Shown one piece after another: positions 55,257 through 56,815 of a DNA stretch of 56,815 bases. The notes under the pieces were generated by a model. The model searched no databases. It was not told where the DNA came from and worked only from the letters and a program-made list of their open reading frames with translations. Position 1 is the first letter of the stretch. Each line of letters starts with the position of its first letter. Both the position numbers and the translations under genes were made by a program. Source of the DNA: a virus (lineage: Duplodnaviria > Caudoviricetes); the IMG/VR virus record IMGVR_UViG_3300033141_001667, positions 1 to 56,815 of that record; one strand, given 5' to 3'.

Positions 55257-55402
55257 CTTCTTCTGTGTTGGCAAATTCCTTAGTCTTAATCAATTGAGGA
55301 ATCGTTTATCATGCTGTTGAAATTGGTCCTTTGCGCATTCCATCCCATCTCTTTCCAAACCAAGATCAAATCCGCCGATCCCGCTAAATAACGATCCGAA
55401 TT

Positions 55403-56335
55403 TCATATCAACCTCTCCATCGGACACTCCCGCCGTATCCGCGCCCTCGCCATCTCTACGTACTCAGGATTCAACTCGATCCCGATATATCCCCGCCTCT
55501 CTTGCTTCGCCACAAGCCCCGTGGTGCCAGCACCAAAGAATGGATCAAGCACTATTCCACCTGGAGGACAGCCAGCCAACACGCACGGACGAATCAAATC
55601 TGGAGGGAAGACTGCAAAATGGGCTTCCTTGAATGGCTTTGTCGCTACCGTCCAGACATCACGCTTGTTGCGGAATTGTAGCGTTACCCCGTATTTGTCG
55701 AGATTGTGGTGGCCTCCGATTCCATTGTCTACTTCTCTATTAGAATACTTAACTCCACCTCCTCGTGTTTCGCCAGCAGATACAGACCTCTCTGCTATTG
55801 CCTCATAGTCGTAGTAATACTTTTTTGACTTGCTTAACAGAAAGATGTACTCGTGAGCCTTCGTCGGTCTGTCCCTCACACTCTCTGGCATAGGATTCGG
55901 CTTCGACCAAATAATGTCACTCCTCAACCACCACCCGTCTGCTTGAAGCGCAAAGGCTACTCGCCAGGGAATGCCACAAAGATCTTTGGGCTTCAACCCC
56001 TCAATTGGTTTATTTCGATGATAGTCTTTAATTATTTTCATACCCTTTTTTGCTTTGCTATCGACAAAACTTCCCATTCTACCACTACCAGCATAGCTAT
56101 CCCCAAGATTCAGCCAAACTGTTCCCTCATCCCTTAATACCCTCTTCACTTCCCTGAACACATCCACAATCGACTCAACGTACCTCTCAGGCGACTCCTC
56201 CAACCCTACCTGCCCCTCAACCCCGTAGTCCCTTAAGCTCCAATACGGCGGACTCGTCACACAGCAATGAATAGATTGATCGGGGAGTCTCTTCAATACC
56301 TCTAAGGCGTCACCGCAGATTATTTCGCGTTTCAT
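55403..56335 (-). CDS. DNA N4-cytosine/N6-adenine methyltransferase (beta class)
   Basis: VTSPPY, WLNLGD, IIWSKPN, HFAVFP, VLDPFFGAGTT, IGIELN. Confidence 0.93.
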   Translation of the reverse strand: MKREIICGDALEVLKRLPDQSIHCCVTSPPYWSLRDYGVEGQVGLEESPERYVESIVDVFREVKRVLRDEGTVWLNLGDSYAGSGRMGSFVDSKAKKGMKIIKDYHRNKPIEGLKPKDLCGIPWRVAFALQADGWWLRSDIIWSKPNPMPESVRDRPTKAHEYIFLLSKSKKYYYDYEAIAERSVSAGETRGGGVKYSNREVDNGIGGHHNLDKYGVTLQFRNKRDVWTVATKPFKEAHFAVFPPDLIRPCVLAGCPPGGIVLDPFFGAGTTGLVAKQERRGYIGIELNPEYVEMARARIRRECPMERLI

Positions 56336-56411
56336 GATGGGATTCTACCCGCTTCTATGATCTGGGTAGTAATGGTCGCTCCTTCAATACCAAAAAATAG
56401 ACTGCCGAATT

Positions 56412-56687
56412 TCATATCACTTGCTTCCTACGTTCAATCTCCCTCGATCGATCTAATAGTTTCTCGCGATTGACTGGAACCAACCAATCTAATCGCCACC
56501 GAAGAAATTGCAACATTATCCAAAAGCGATTCATCGATCTGTAATACAGCACCCTTGCCCATTTGTATTTGAACATCCCGCGTTTCTTCAGAGTCCAGAT
56601 TGGCGCGTAATATCGAACGTACTTATCTCGCTCGATCCGCGCACCTAATCGAACATAGCACTCTACCAGATTTTCGTAAATCTTCAT
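56412..56687 (-). CDS. basic hypothetical protein
   Basis: 91 aa ORF upstream of the MTase. Confidence 0.5.
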   Translation of the reverse strand: MKIYENLVECYVRLGARIERDKYVRYYAPIWTLKKRGMFKYKWARVLYYRSMNRFWIMLQFLRWRLDWLVPVNREKLLDRSREIERRKQVI

Positions 56688-56815
56688 ATCCTTTTTTGTA
56701 AACCAGTATCATATCTCACCCGACGCTACTACGCCGCAGCCGCCATTGTTCATTTGTCACTATTCCTTCCACCCAGCTTCTTTTAAGGCATCAGCTATCA
56801 TATTGTTGAAGTTAG

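Overview
This window is a near-complete ~57 kb tailed dsDNA bacteriophage genome with a long non-contractile-type tail (no sheath gene seen), read with the standard genetic code. Layout: (i) a leftward early operon of small, often acidic or Cys-rich genes (1-5105; RadC/JAB, DUF1419-like, LPD29-like), apparently continuing at the far end (55403-56815, DNA methyltransferase); (ii) a small terminase separated from the large terminase by a 4.7 kb accessory block with two antitoxin fragments, a deoxynucleoside kinase and a complete tmRNA; (iii) a head-neck-tail module (10510-41479) with a portal-MuF fusion, a Mu-I-type protease, DUF2190 cement, capsid, two tail-tube paralogues, a -1 frameshifted chaperone and an intein-containing tape measure protein; (iv) envelope proteins and a holin; (v) GroES, a structured-RNA/tRNA-like cluster, SSB-like, Sak4-like ATPase and PD-(D/E)XK nuclease genes; (vi) a replication initiator and a mosaic of small genes and gene fragments. 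No integrase, repressor, endolysin or SmpB could be recognised. Most notable: a phage tmRNA with a 36-codon amphipathic tag, two D-arm-reduced tRNA-like RNAs behind a G-quadruplex-type repeat, an unexplained promoter-driven structured RNA in the tail module, a LAGLIDADG intein at a GK/T site of the tape measure protein, an apparently circularly permuted prohead protease, and isolated HigA and AbiEi antitoxin N-terminal domains. All family calls come from motifs recognised by eye; no database search was run.
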